This document shows positions 50,992 through 64,000 of a stretch of 64,000 nt of DNA, piece after piece; within the stretch, counting starts at the first letter, position 1; each line of letters begins with the position of its first letter. The position numbers and the translations under genes were made by a program. The notes beneath the pieces were generated by a model that saw only the letters and a program-made list of their open reading frames with translations, did not search any database and was not told the origin of the DNA. The stretch is from the NCBI GenBank assembly GCA_028534125.1, contig CM052818.1, positions 23,934,001 through 23,998,000 on the forward strand. Reading direction: 5' to 3'. Source of the stretch: Lama glama. Taxonomy: Eukaryota.

Positions 50992-53054
50992 ATTATCTTG
51001 TTCCCCAAAATCTTATACTTCTGAATTCTTCAACATTTGACCTGTTTCCCTATAGAGTTAGCTCCTTAAGCAGCTTGATGACAGGCAAGTGAGAGGAGGG
51101 ACTGTAGAGCGGGATCAGGTACACTTTCGAGGTGTCGGAAAAGAAGTCCCTTCTCTCATTTTCTGAGATTACACAAACGAGTTATAACCTTCTTGTTTTT
51201 TGAGCTATTGAGGATTTTTTCTTCTTTTGAATACAACACTGAGGATGCTTATCAGTTTTTTAAATTAAAGAAGCCTGCAATCAGATCCAACTGAGTTTAA
51301 AAGCGGGCAGTATCCTCTACCTTTCTTGCTGAATGTTTTTTGTGTATTTTCCTCATATCCCTTTTGACATTTATTAGCGTTTACTTTCAAGCACCATGCA
51401 AATAGGGGTTTTGCTGGGCTGGGTAGCATGGACAGAGGGGTTGTTTGACATCTGGGGGATATGATGTGGGAACATCAGGACTAGTTCAAGTGCCAGGGTA
51501 TTCATATGTCTTTCTCAGCCTCATCAAAAATGCTGACTCCACTGCATTCATCAAAATTTGTTCTCTGCTGATTACTTGTTGATGAATTCAGTGTGATGTC
51601 TGACATTCAACAGTGGATTAGATCAATATTATTAAACATAAGGATGGCACATCAAAATAATGTTCTAATATTGAAAACATTGTGAACCATTAATTTTTAT
51701 TCAAAATGTGTCTTAATATTTCCCTTATGTCTTCCTCATTGTTTCTCCATATTTTACTTAATTGTCAACAAAACCTTTATAATCTGCTTCACACTGACTC
51801 TTCACTGATACCAGGGCATTTTTATTATAGAAATTAGGTTTCTTTTCAAAGTGTGATTCCTTTCCAGCCCTCTGCCATTTGTGTAGTTTGTCTCATTTTT
51901 ATCTCAAAATAGCTGTTTCTAAACTGCTGATGCAAACACTGAAAATTAGGGCATGTATTTTTTTTCTTTGTAGAAGATATTAAATTAATGTCTTCAGATG
52001 TATACTTAATAGAAAATATAGTCATATGGCTAAAGGTTTCACTATTTCTTGGGACTATTACTAAGTACTCTCAACTCCTAAAGTTGCCTAATTATGACCA
52101 CTGTCAAAGTTCATTTGCAGAGATTTTTTTAATCTTTATTCTATAATGCAGGAAATACACAGATCTAGTTAAAAGTAGCTTAGTTATATGTTTAGATAAA
52201 TCTTTGATTGCAGAAAAGATAGATTTTAGAGGAATAAATACGGTGGGAGACCAGTTAAGAGACTATTTTAAGAATCTTGGCAAGAGATGATGAAAGCCTT
52301 AAGCAGTATTGTGGGTAACAAAAGAGAGGGACACATTACAGGGAAGTTCACAGGTAAAACTGGCAAGGTTTGTTGCATACTCCATTAATGATGAAAAGAA
52401 TGAATGGGTACTTGGGCAGGGTCACCCCAGTCACCTCAATATTTTGCATCTGTCAGGTGAGAAAAACATCAGACTGAAGACTGGCATTTTGAAGACAGGT
52501 AGCTTGAGAAGCTTTTGTAGATAGGACACTCACAGCAGATGATGTCAAGAGTGGCAGCACGGAGGCCCCTAAAACACACTCTCTGGGAATTAGGGAGACA
52601 AGACTGGGAAGAACACAACAGAAACTGGACTTGCCTGCACTTGGTGAACTGGCCTGTAAGCTCCGTCCCCTTTTTTGGAGCAATCAGGAGTAACAGGGGC
52701 TACTTCCAGGAGTGCTTGCTGCCTTTCTGTTTGGATAGATCGTTGAAGCAGGTTCAGAGCCATTGTGATCTGAGTTTACAGAACTGCAGAGCAGCTCCTA
52801 TCAGGTACAGTTGGGTTGTGTGTAGACTGTGATCACTGTCCACAGGCACAAGAAACACTGAATTGCCCTTTTGGACATCCCATCTCTGAATCAAATGAGG
52901 CATCATCACTAGTTGAAGAACACAGCTGCTGTATTGTATGGGAACATGCAAAGAAAGAAGATTATACCTGAAATGAAAGCTCTTTCTTTAAAATTTGTCA
53001 ACAAAATATCCTAAAAAATTGCTAGTGGTGTCATATTTGAGTGCTATTCAGTAT

Positions 53055-53220
53055 GTAGTTCTAAACCGATAGCAGCGTTCCTGGGACATTGCTAGAAATG
53101 AAATTCTCAAGCCTCATCCCAGACCTGCAGAATCAGATCATCTGGGGTACAGCCTAGGTGTTGATTTAATCATGCTCTCCAGACCATGTTTATGCAGGTT
53201 GAAGGCTGAGAATTTCCCTA
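53055..53220. mobile_element. MER5A-like MITE
   Basis: TTGCTAGAAATGAAATTCTCAAGCCTCATCCCAGACCTGCAGAATCAGA. Confidence 0.75.
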
Positions 53221-53551
53221 AAGAATAAATGTGCTCTTTCACACGGTGTGACTTCTCCAGCATCTTCTACAGTTATTGCTCTCTAAGTTCTACCACAGTA
53301 GGGAGACACGGCATGTGTAAGATGAGTGGGTTTATCAGAAAATACTGAGACAAAGAGCTCTGGACAAATTAATGAATATATAACCAATGGGAAGACTTCC
53401 GATTTATGCTAAAATTGAAGCTTCTAATAAAGATATCTATGTAATGTTTGCATAAATGTAAAATAATGGGGGGAGTGGCAGCTGAAGGACTAAAATAACA
53501 ACATGCAGTATGACCTAGGATACACCAAACAGCTAGGTATCCTCAGCACTG

Positions 53552-53630
53552 GATATATGTATGTATGTATTATGTATGTATGTATAATGTGGATATACAT
53601 ATACATATACATATGCATATATGTGTGTAT
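53552..53630. repeat. (TATG)n/(TA)-rich low-complexity repeat
   Basis: TATGTATGTATG...ATACATATACATATAC. Confidence 0.8.
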
Positions 53631-56600
53631 AGCTAACATCTCAGTTTAGAACTTAGTCATTTTACCTGCCGTTATATCCATACCACACCACACTAATTAC
53701 AACTTTATAGTATATCAGAGTATCAGGTAGAAGAAGCTTACGTTTTGCTCGTTTTCAAGCATGACCTAATCAGACCTAGTCATTTGATCTTCCTCATAAA
53801 TTTTGGAATCTGATTACCAAGTTTTAGAAATAATGCTATTGGGATTTTGATTGGAAATCATCTAATCTATGGATTATTTGGGAAACAGTCAATAAATATT
53901 AGCCAGTAAAATTAGTATCTACTATCAAGAAGAGTGTTACTGATGATTGAGATAACTAAAACTTTTTGAACTCTGACTATATGACTGGTTTTCTCTTTTT
54001 TTCTCTCTTTATACTTGCAATAATCTTTGAGATGAATATTTTTCCCTCTTATAAAGATGAGAACATCAATTTACACAAAAATGTTAGCTATGGACTCAAG
54101 TTCACACTCCTATTACAGCGTTGTGCTTTCAAATTCAGAGCTGAGAGACTCCAAACTGCCCTTGTGGAGGAGGCTAATCTGATGACCAGCATATTATTAG
54201 AACAAATGAAACATTCCTCCATGTACTAACCACACAGTGTAAGTCGCATATGACAGTATTACACCACGTGAACTGGAGTATCCGTGAGACTTATTTATGA
54301 CTATTTGGAGATATGCTGATATACACAGTAAATTCAGAGAACTGGAGAGAATTTTGATTGCCATTTAAAAAAGAACATTGATTCACCCAGTAGGAGTACT
54401 CACTAAGAAGACGGCCAAAGGTGACAGAAATGTCCTGCTGTGATTTTATATAGTGCATTTAGCAATACAAACCACTTGGAAAAATTAGGGAACAGGATTA
54501 CATAACCTGTCAAAGGTCAGTCAAGGAGCAATAAACAAATGCATATTTCTGATCTGCAGCTGTGTAACATTAACTTGTTTAATTTCTATTTTTATCTGGG
54601 TATGATTTTGCAAATAAAAAGGGATGTACAGTCTTGGTGGCATTTGTATCCAATACGTACTTTTGGAGGCTTCCTTCTCCAGCAGTCTCAGAGAAGCCGT
54701 GTCCCTTATCACCTACGAAGCCTACAGCACACTCAGTGATGTGCAAAGTAAAGGACCAAAACTCTGAACTGTGATGCAGTATTTTAGGCACAGTGAGGGA
54801 AAGTGGCAAGAAAGGGTATGTTTTTCCTCAGACCTACTGATAAAATGGAATAAGAATGTAGAACAGAAAGTTTCTTTCCATTCTTTTTTTTTTTAAACTG
54901 GATTATTTGACTGAAACATGTTCATTTAATGATCATATCTTATTCATTTTAGAGGAGTTGATAGCAATATCAGAATCACAAATTTAGTTCTTGAGGGTGG
55001 AAAAATCTAGTAGAAAGCCATGAGAACAATTCAAGTGTAAAATTTCGATAACATAGGTTATTAGCATTTAATAACTTGGATGCAAAGATAAAATTCTCTA
55101 CTTGCAAGATGAAGAGAGTAGAATGAATAAATCTTGACTTCATCACAAAAGCAAATACTTAAGTGATTCCTGTCTTCCGTAGGATTTTCCACATTTGATA
55201 ACTGGTATCATTTCTACTCCTCCATTTCAATAATTTTTTTAAAAAAATATTGGATAAAGGATTTCTATTGCAAATCTTACTACATATCTTCAAATCCCTC
55301 TGTCCATCACACAAAACTCATTGCTTTACTGACTGTTTCTTGCGTGAGTTCCAATATCAGTTCATATTCTGACTCTAAAAAAATCCCCCCTCAAGGAATG
55401 TCTGCTACAAATTTTAAAATTTCCTGTCAGTATGCATTTTCCAAAAATGATAATGGCATTTCAATGTAGCATTTTCCTAATAAAAGCACTTGCTCCATTT
55501 TCACTTATCTTCAGATATCATTTAACTCGGTTGAAACTCCTGGGATTTATTTTGCTATACATTGTGTGTTATTTACCTACTAGAGAGTGTTGATTAGGCA
55601 ATATAGAATGACGACACTAATTCAATTCAGAAAAGAAACAGTAAAGAAGGAAGGCTTTCTGCAGGGGAAAAAATCACGTAAGTTAAAAAGCACATGATTT
55701 AAAAAAAAACACACACAGATATAAATCTTTGCTCCACAACGTATGTGTGACACTGAGTAAAGTGCCAAACCTCCCAAAATCCAAAAAAACTTATATATTA
55801 TAGCACATTACTCTATTTCCCTAGACCTGGTTTGGTATTGGTGTTAAGGGACGTATGAAACTTGCAGCACAGTTTCTAGATGAGAGAACACAGACATTAT
55901 TATCGTGAATATTGGTTTCTTCATGCTAGAAACAGTTGGAAATACATATTTAATTCAAAAATATTTGAAATTTTCTTTCCCAGAACAACTTGCATCCTAA
56001 AATTGCTTTCATGTGTTAAAAATTAGCTTCAATATGTTATGAAAATTAAAAATAATACTAGTTTGAAGGCTAGCTTTTGAAGCTAGATGCAGCTCCAGAA
56101 AAGGCTAGTTTTTTGCAAGATGTGTAATTTTAGTGAGAACCATTGTCTCTCTTCTCAATTTTATTGAGAAAAAATAATAATTGTAATCTGATTTTTCAAT
56201 CCACCCAAGGCAATTTGCTGATTTAAACCTCTATGGGCAGCTCTTTTCAAGAGAGCATTAGTCTTTACATTAAAGTGATATTTATTCCCCTATACCTTTC
56301 ATCCTTTGCTTTTCCTTCATTCTGCTGGTTCTGTTAATTCAATCACTCATTCATTGACGTGACAATTCATTCCTGTCATATCTATTGGGCATCTAATATG
56401 TGCTCACCATTAGTTAAGAGCACAATTCCCTCTTTTTCTCTCAGGACAATTCTTCAAATACTTTAAAGAGAGATATGAAATTCTTTATATCCCTCTTAAG
56501 CTTCACCATTCCATTAACTATTTATCATTCCATAAAGATGTCTGTGTCTTCACCATTCTAATCTCTCTCTCTTGAACATTTTTACATTTCTTATAAGGCA

Positions 56601-56712
56601 TGATTACAATTGGGTAAAAATTCTCCCTTTGTGTTGTACAGATTCTATTTTGTTATATACAACATTATTTTAAAACACGTGTGGTAATTCCACACTTACA
56701 AACGTGCTTACT

Positions 56713-59700
56713 GGGAGGAGAATCAAGATGGCAGAGTAGGAGGACGTGGAGCTCATCTCCCCCCAAAAAACATTTCAAAAATACCTCTACATGTGGAACA
56801 ATTCTTGCAGAAAACTAGAAGACGACCTCTTATACAACCAAAGCTTCAAGAAAGGTCTCCACAGAACTGGGAAGGACAGGAAAACAAAGGCACCAGCACC
56901 CTCGGGAGGGAATCTGTGAAGGAGGCAAGGTCCACAGAAGCAGACTCTCCCCCTGGGGAGCCTCCTTGCCTGCTGTGAGGTCCACCGGGACCGACAGAAG
57001 GGCTGGAGGACCCTGGACTCTGCTCTGGAGGAGTGCACGCATGTTGGCTCACTAGCAACCTGGGCAGAGACAGGCTGTGCTGATGGCCACCACCTCCCTG
57101 CACCTCCCAGCCGGAATGGTGCACCAGGTGGGGCCGCAAGTACGGGCAGCAGCTAGGTGCCGAATCTTGGGTAGGTGGGTCCTGGGAGAGAACTTGATCT
57201 AACTGAGTAGAGACAGCCTGGAGGGCCTGGGATGTGGTCCTGGCCAAACCTCGAGACCATATCAGCACACATAGCAGGGGGCAAGTCCAGCTGTGGTGGA
57301 CTTTGTGGGCACTCACATGGCAGGGACAAGGCTGGCTTCTGAACTCATCATCAGAGGTGCACTACAGGGGCAGGTCCAGAAGTGGAGGACTTTCTTGGTG
57401 GGCACACAAGGTGGCAAGAGAAACACATGTATCTAGTGAATGTTCCCTGGGGAGGAGTACGCAGAGGTTCCTTTCCAGGGGGGAGGGCACTCGGGTTCCA
57501 CTCACCCTATTCCACAGCTTGCAACCAGATCTGGGGCAGACAAGCCCTGGGAGAGACTTGCCACAGAGGCAGTCCGGGTCCCAGGCAGCTGCACAAAGAC
57601 CTCAATTCCTGCAGCCACAGCACCTTAGCCCCCAGCAGCAGCCAAGCACTAGGTCTAAAAGGAAGACAGTGGAGGAAGGGGTGCTACTTTCGGCTGCTTC
57701 TAGGCAGAACCATGGATGCCTGTACGAGTGGCAGATAGGTTTTCTGTGATCATATGGGCCTCAACTGTTTCAAAACTCAATTCCTTGGGGACAGAGCAGA
57801 ACTTCAAGGGCAATAGGGCTCTATCAAATCCGACCCTCAGGAATTCTACTCCAACAACTGGGGAGAAGACCCCGCCCCCAATATGGCTGTGAAAACCACA
57901 GAGCAAAGAGGAGGCCCCTCTCAACATCCAGTGCTGGCTCTGGACACCCTAACACCAATCACACCCTCTATCAAAGGGGTAACGGCCAGCACAATCTGAG
58001 GGAAGATGTGGCTGGCATCCATACCAAAATCAGCCCTCACACCAAAAATACTGGACCAACACAGTCTGCACAGGGATGTTCCCTCATGAAATAACCCCTT
58101 CAAGATCACAGTAGATACTTTTTCTCCAAAATTTATAGAGGCAGAAAAGTTAATTAAAATGAAAAAGCAAAGGAACTACTCTCAGTTTAAAGAACAGATA
58201 AATCCTCTGAAAGAACAAATAGTGAAACAGACCTCACCAGTCTACTAGACCCTGAGTTCAAAAAGGAGGTAATAAAAATGCTAAAGAATTTAGAAAGATT
58301 ATTGATAGAAGTGTAGATAACTGTAACAAGGATCTAGAAACTATAAAAAGGAACCAATCAAAATTAGACAACACAATTACCGAAATAAAAACCAATCTAG
58401 AAATAATGAATAACAGCCTAAATAATGCAAAAGGGTAAATTAAATGCAAGATAGAATAATAGAAATCACCCAAACAGAATAGACAGAAAGACAAATTTTT
58501 AAAAATGAAAGCGACCTACACAATCTACAGGGTATTATAAAGTGTGACAATCTACACATAGTGGAGTTTCCAGCAGAAGAGAGAGAGAAGGGGATCAAAA
58601 AGATACTTGAAGAAATTATGGCTGAAAAATATCCAAACCTAAGGAAGGAAACAGATATCCAGGTACAGGAAGCACAGAAGGTCCCAAACAAGGTGAAGCC
58701 AGACAGACCCACATCAGGACATAACATAATTAAAATGGCAAAAGTTAAAGATAAGTAGAAGATTCTACAGACAGCAAGAAAAAGAGTCAATTACAATGGA
58801 ACCCCCAGAAGGCTATCAGCTGATTTCTCTACAGAAAATTTGCATGTCAGAAGGGAGTAACATGATGTAGTCAAAGTCCTGAAAGGGAAAACCTGCAACC
58901 TAAGATATTCTACCCGGCAAGATTATCATTAAGAATAGGAGAGATAAATAATTTCTCAGACAAGGAAAAGCTGAAAGAATACAGCGATATCAAACCTACC
59001 CTAGAAAGAAATACTGAAAGGTCTTCTCTAAATAGAAGAGAAGCAAGAATATATAGGAAAGGGAAAAAATTACAATAAAAAAGGCAAATAGATAAAAGGA
59101 TTGAAGATCACTTGAATAAACCAGTACATAGATTTAAAAACAAAACAAAAAAATGTAAAAGCAATTATAACTCAATTAACAGCAAAAGGATAAGCATGAA
59201 GACGTAAAATAAGGCATCAAAATTACAGAATGTAAAGGAAAGGAGTATGCAGATCTTTTAGAATGTATCTGAACATATATGATTATCATTTTAAAGTAAG
59301 TAGATATAGTTTATGTGTCAATATACTTGAAAACCAGGGCAACCACAAGTCAGAAACATACATAAAGAAAGGAACTGAAACATAATACAAAGAAAACCAT
59401 AAAACCATAAAAGGAAAAAGAAAAAGAAGAAGAAAGAATAAAGAAGAACCACAAAATAAATGTCCTAAATGTCTATCAACAGATGACTAGATAAAGAAGC
59501 TGTGGTATATTTATACAATAGAATACAACTCAGCCACAAAAAAGAATAAAGTAATGCCATTTGCAGCAACATGGATGGACCATCATTCTAAGTGAAGTAA
59601 GTCAAAAAGACAAAAGAAAAATAACGTATGATATCACTTATATGTGGAATCTTAAAAAAAGACAAAAACGAACTTATTCACAAAATACACATTGAAGACA

Positions 59701-60497
59701 AACTTGTGGTTACCAGTGGGGAATGGGGGTGGGAAGGGATAAATTGGGAGTTTGAGATTTGCAGATACTAACTACTCTGTATCAAATAAACAACAAGTTT
59801 GTACTGTATAGCACAGGGAACTATAGTCAATATCTTGTAGTAACCTATAATGAAAAGGAATATATGTATGTATATGTAAATTGGTGCAGCCACTAGGGAA
59901 AATAGTATGGAGTTTCCTTAAAAAAACTGAAGATAGAGATAAGATAACATACGATCCAGCAGTCCCACTCTTGGGGAAATATCTGGAAAAGATGAAAACT
60001 CTAATTTGAAAAGGTACATGTACCCCAATGTTCATAGCAAGACTATTTACAATAGATATGGAAACAACCCAAGTGCCCATCAACAGACAATTAGTTTAAG
60101 AAGATGTGATATATACAATGGAATATCACTCAGCCATATAAAAGATTAAAATATTGCCATTTGCAGCAACAAGGCTGTACATGGAGAATATCATACTAAG
60201 TCAGACAGAGAAAAACAAATGATATACCACTTATATGTGGAATCTAAAATAATACTAATGAATCTATATACCAAAAAGAAACAGACTCACAGACATAGAA
60301 AACAAAATTATGCTTACCAATGGTAAAAGGAAGTGGAGAGGGATAAATTAGGTTTATGTGATTAACAGGTACAAACTACTATACATAAAATATAAGTAAC
60401 AAGGACTTACTGTATAGCACAGGGAACTATACTCAATATTTTGTAATAACTTAAAATGGAAAATAATCTGAAAAATTATATATGTATTAAAAAAATA
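56713..60497 (+). mobile_element. Composite L1: intact-start 5'UTR, ORF1 and inter-ORF region, ORF2 almost absent, two successive 3' ends
   Basis: GGGAGGAGAATCAAGATGGCAGAGTAGGAGGACGTGGAGCTCA 5' start; ORF1 relic; jump at ~59460 to the extreme end of ORF2; second ORF2-end/3'UTR from ~59876. Confidence 0.88.
58159..59031 (+). pseudogene. Disrupted L1 ORF1p coding sequence
   Basis: ATG AAA AAG CAA AGG AAC TAC TCT CAG start; EEREKGIKKILEEIMAEKYPNLRKETDIQVQEAQKVPNK (ORF1p RRM region); ends GGTCTTCTCTAA; internal stops and frameshifts. Confidence 0.85.
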
Positions 60498-60879
60498 AAT
60501 ACATTTACTGGATCTACTGTGTTATTTTGCGATTGATTTAGATCATTGATTTCCAGTTTCCCTGGAGCTAAATACCCCTGTGGAAGTTATTCATATATAG
60601 ATCACTAAACCTCAACGTTGGATATTTTCTTTCAGTGAGTCTGAGAATTGCAATTTTTTTGTCATCTTGAAATAAGCACACAGGTGATTCTTGCCTCCAA
60701 AAAAGTTTGAAGAACATTGGTATAGTGTACTGTAAATACAATTATATTGATTATAATCAGTAGCGATAAATACAAAAAATTAAAACCATTCACTGGTTGT
60801 GTATACAAAAACATGGAATTAAATTAATGCTATACTGAATATTTCAGAGTGGTCGCATCTAACTCAGTGGGCTGTAAAG

Positions 60880-61110
60880 GCAAGGCCTTAGGAGAAACAA
60901 AAGCCCTAATCTGACTCTGTCACCGACTGATTGTGTAACCTTCGACCAGCCACTGATTTTCTCTTAGACTTATTTCCTCAATCCATTAAAAAAACAGATA
61001 GTAATACTTTTATACATATTTTGCTGAATCTTTGGAGGATAAAATAAAATAATATGGTTATAAATGTATAACTGGATAGAGCTTTATATAAATTCAAGGT
61101 TGTTATTATG
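60880..61110 (+). mobile_element. MIR SINE (degenerate)
   Basis: CTGACTCTGTCACCGACTGATTGTGTAACCTT...TTTCCTCA...GGAGGATAAAATAAAATAAT. Confidence 0.6.
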
Positions 61111-62801
61111 TTCTTTCAATAACCTTTCTAGAGATAGATAAAGCATAGTGAATCAATAAAATTAAAGTTTTCTAATTGCTTTTTGGTGAATAATAATATT
61201 TGACATTGTAATCTTATACACATCCTTCTCTCAAGAAAGATTACAGACCAACTGGTACCAACAAGGCTGGTTTTATTAAACACATTTCATTTAGCTTTGG
61301 AACAGGTTGAAATACATACAACTATTTATTTGTAAAGCATCTGTCAGTCAAATTGAGTCCTCAGGGAGGATGTGAAGTATAACTAAACTTGAGGCTTTTG
61401 TGTTGATGAAGCCAGTCTAAGTGCACTTGAGGTTAATGACCATGCCATGGCTGGTCATTACATATGCTGAGCAAGTAAACTGGTTAAGGTCTCCTATGTG
61501 CATTAATACGTAATGAACTCTGCAAATTTAATTTTATTTTAATTCTTGGTGAGGAAAAACCACCACCCCCCCTCAGTTGTTTTCTATGACTTATTTGTTT
61601 TACTGTTCGGTGTTTTTCTTTGTGTGGGTCCCCTTTCCTTCTTTAAGTTTTATAGAATAAAATGTACTTTTTAGTTAATCGTTTTTTCCTTTTCTGTAAT
61701 TTTCAAGGAAGAGTAGTCTTTCGTATTTCTACACTATGTTGAGGATATCTTGCCTCACCCAGGCTTTTAAGTAGTGATTCATGACAATAATCAATGGTAT
61801 AATATTAATTAGATGTTTCTAATTCATTCTAAAGTAAGAATGAATGGAATATGTATATAGACAATCAGCCTATAACCTCACAATCACTGAAGTCTCTTAT
61901 GCACTTTAGATACACAGTTTTTGGCAGTTGGTTGCAAATGGTAATACTCTATCTTGATTCCAATTGTATTAAAATGCTAGGGTGGTAATTACATCAGAAA
62001 GACAAGGCATGGACTGTGAATTGTTCTATGATCTTATAAAGCAAGAAGATGATTCCTGTGTTTGCTAACTTTTAAATCTGAAAATAAAACAAAACAAAAC
62101 AAAAACTGTTTCTTTTAGCATCCATTAAGCTATAGTGAGCATTTTATTTTGAATCCTCCTTCAAATAGTGGCTACAAAGAAATAAGAGCTACCCATATAT
62201 GAGAGACAAAAAGAAGGAATGGTGTGATTGGGAGGAAACCAAATGGTCTGAAACATCAGAGCAAGATGGATTCCCACCATGAATCTGGCACCTACCAGCC
62301 CTAGCTTTTGATTGAGTCATTTATTTCCTGAGCCTCAGTTTCTTCATCCATGGCCACATCCTAAAATATTACATAAGAGAAACAAAAATTCACAAATACT
62401 CTTAAATATAAGATGATATAATCCTAGAAGGAAATCTGTGTACACTTTGAATTCTTGGAGCAGCAATAGGAAAAAGAAAAGGAACTGTCTGTCATCCATT
62501 TATGGTAGACGGGCAAGAGATGAAGAGTAGCTATTTAGCAGAGAGCTATTTCAGTAAACCAGAGCTTGGGTAGTTGCCAAATACCATCATAACTTTAAGA
62601 GGATTCAAAGGCTTTCTTCCTGTCAGCAAGTCCTGGCAAATTGTCTGTAGAATTTAAAGAGTTGTACCACCATCGATCTCAAGCATCTCTCAAGAATTCA
62701 AGCAATTTTTTTCCCACTGTTTGTCTATGTTTGACTCACATTTCAAACAGAAGCAAAACATTCTTTTTTAAGTTATAAATTAGAAGTTTACAATATAAAT
62801 A

Positions 62802-63271
62802 CTGGTGGAGGTGATTTTGTGCAAACAAATGAAGCTCACCTAAATGAGGACAAGCAGAGGCTATTTATTTAGAGCTTGCTACACCAAGAGAGTCAGACAT
62901 GAGCGCTTGCTTTGGACAGAGAGAGGCTCAAAGGTAGGTATGGTAGTAGGAAAGCTTTATAGCGGAAAAAAGCCTTTTTAAAGTACGGTCTAAGTGCAGG
63001 TTGCTGGCAGGAGGAAATTGGAGTCAGGCTGAAAAAAAAGAGCTATCCTCCATGATCAGTCTGGGAACACACCTGGCTTTCTCTGGTTGACCCTAAGTTG
63101 GATGAAGGGGATGAGGGCAAAATTAGGGAAGCTGGGGTCCCGGTCATTCTGGGCTGATTGCTGCAGGGACTGTGGTTTGACTTCCCAGGCTGGTTGCTGC
63201 AGAGGTTGTAGATCAGAGTTCTGTTTTCAAGTAGAGCCTGGTCATTGTCCATTTGCATATTCAGTCTCTCA
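62802..63271 (-). mobile_element. MER89/MER110-like ERV1 solo LTR
   Basis: Minus strand starts TGAGAGACTGAATATGCAAATGGACAATGACCAG...AGAACTCTGATCTACAACCTCTGCAGCAACCAGCC; AATAAA near the 3' end (TTTATT at ~62864). Confidence 0.7.
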
Positions 63272-64000
63272 GTACAGAAGGACTCACTCATTGCCAAAGT
63301 AAAATCTGTCAATTATTCAGCTAGTATAAATTCCTGATAGCAAATTCTGGGTCAGGGTGATTAACTGAAATATCATGTGAAAAGGAGGAAAGGGAAAACA
63401 AGCAATGAAAGGAAGAGGAGATGCCAGCCAAAGCAGTCAAGAACAATGGTAAACCAATGATAGTAAACACGAATGAACGGTGCATAACTCGAGCCTAGTG
63501 ATCAGTTAGCACTGGCACATACATTTCATCAGCACATATTTATTGATTTCTTATAAACAAAATTCTGCTAGATGCAGTGGAGAAATTAAAATAAAATTAC
63601 ATTACCATTGTTCTCAGTTATTTCCAAGATACGGAGTTCCTCCTTCTTTGAATTAGCCAGAATCCACTGCCCTCAATTTCCTTCAGTGGGACATGCTAAG
63701 GGTCCAAGTTTTCTCAGCTGTCAAAACAGACATTTCTCCTCCTAATGTGCCTCTTCTTGCCTAGTGATGAGAAAGCCACACTCAAACCTGCTTTCTACTC
63801 TCAAGGGGGCTCTGTACCTGTCCTCTGATGCTTGAAACTGTGTCATTATTTTGTCTTCAATTATTAAGTCATGGGGAGTCAGACCATGGTCCAGGCTTCA
63901 GGCTACATCCATATCTATTTCTTCGAAGCTATATTAATGGCAATATTACTGTTTTAGTTACTTAAACCTTCAAGGGCTATGGCCTTTCTTTTCATAAATA

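Noticed and set aside
56787..58109. Cluster of overlapping GC-rich ORFs (up to 171 aa) as a host gene or CpG-island promoter
   Set aside because: Lies within the L1 5'UTR; GC richness explains the stop-poor frames and no protein is recognisable
1..64000. CRISPR arrays, tRNA/rRNA/snRNA genes, prokaryotic operons, non-retroviral endogenous viral elements or NUMTs
   Set aside because: None recognised by eye: no regular repeat-spacer structure and no long non-TE ORFs. Very degenerate copies could be missed without a search

Overview
AT-rich, repeat-dense mammalian non-coding DNA (intergenic or deep intronic), most likely from a camelid or other non-ruminant artiodactyl. That call rests on recalled similarity to L1_Art-like 3' ends, a Tigger1a-type MITE and a camelid-type young L1 3'UTR, and on not seeing Alu, Bov-A/BovB or PRE-1 SINEs. 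I recognised no host protein-coding gene, RNA gene or CRISPR-like array. Every protein-like ORF in the track comes from L1 ORF1/ORF2 or Tigger1 transposase remnants. The window holds many L1 fragments, L2/MIR/CR1 relics, ERV1/MaLR LTRs and DNA transposons. The most notable structures are: an ORF2-less 'half-L1'-like composite (56713-60497); an L1 whose 5'UTR is fused to the ORF2 C-terminus (42861-44862); a twin-primed inverted L1 with a clean TSD (33477-33989); an LTR nested in a related LTR (2052-3138); and a tentative chain of minus-strand exon-like segments that might belong to an unannotated lncRNA or small-ORF transcript. Repeat family names come from memory of consensus sequences and need RepeatMasker/Dfam confirmation. 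Boundaries of old repeats are approximate. I found no convincing novel biological system.
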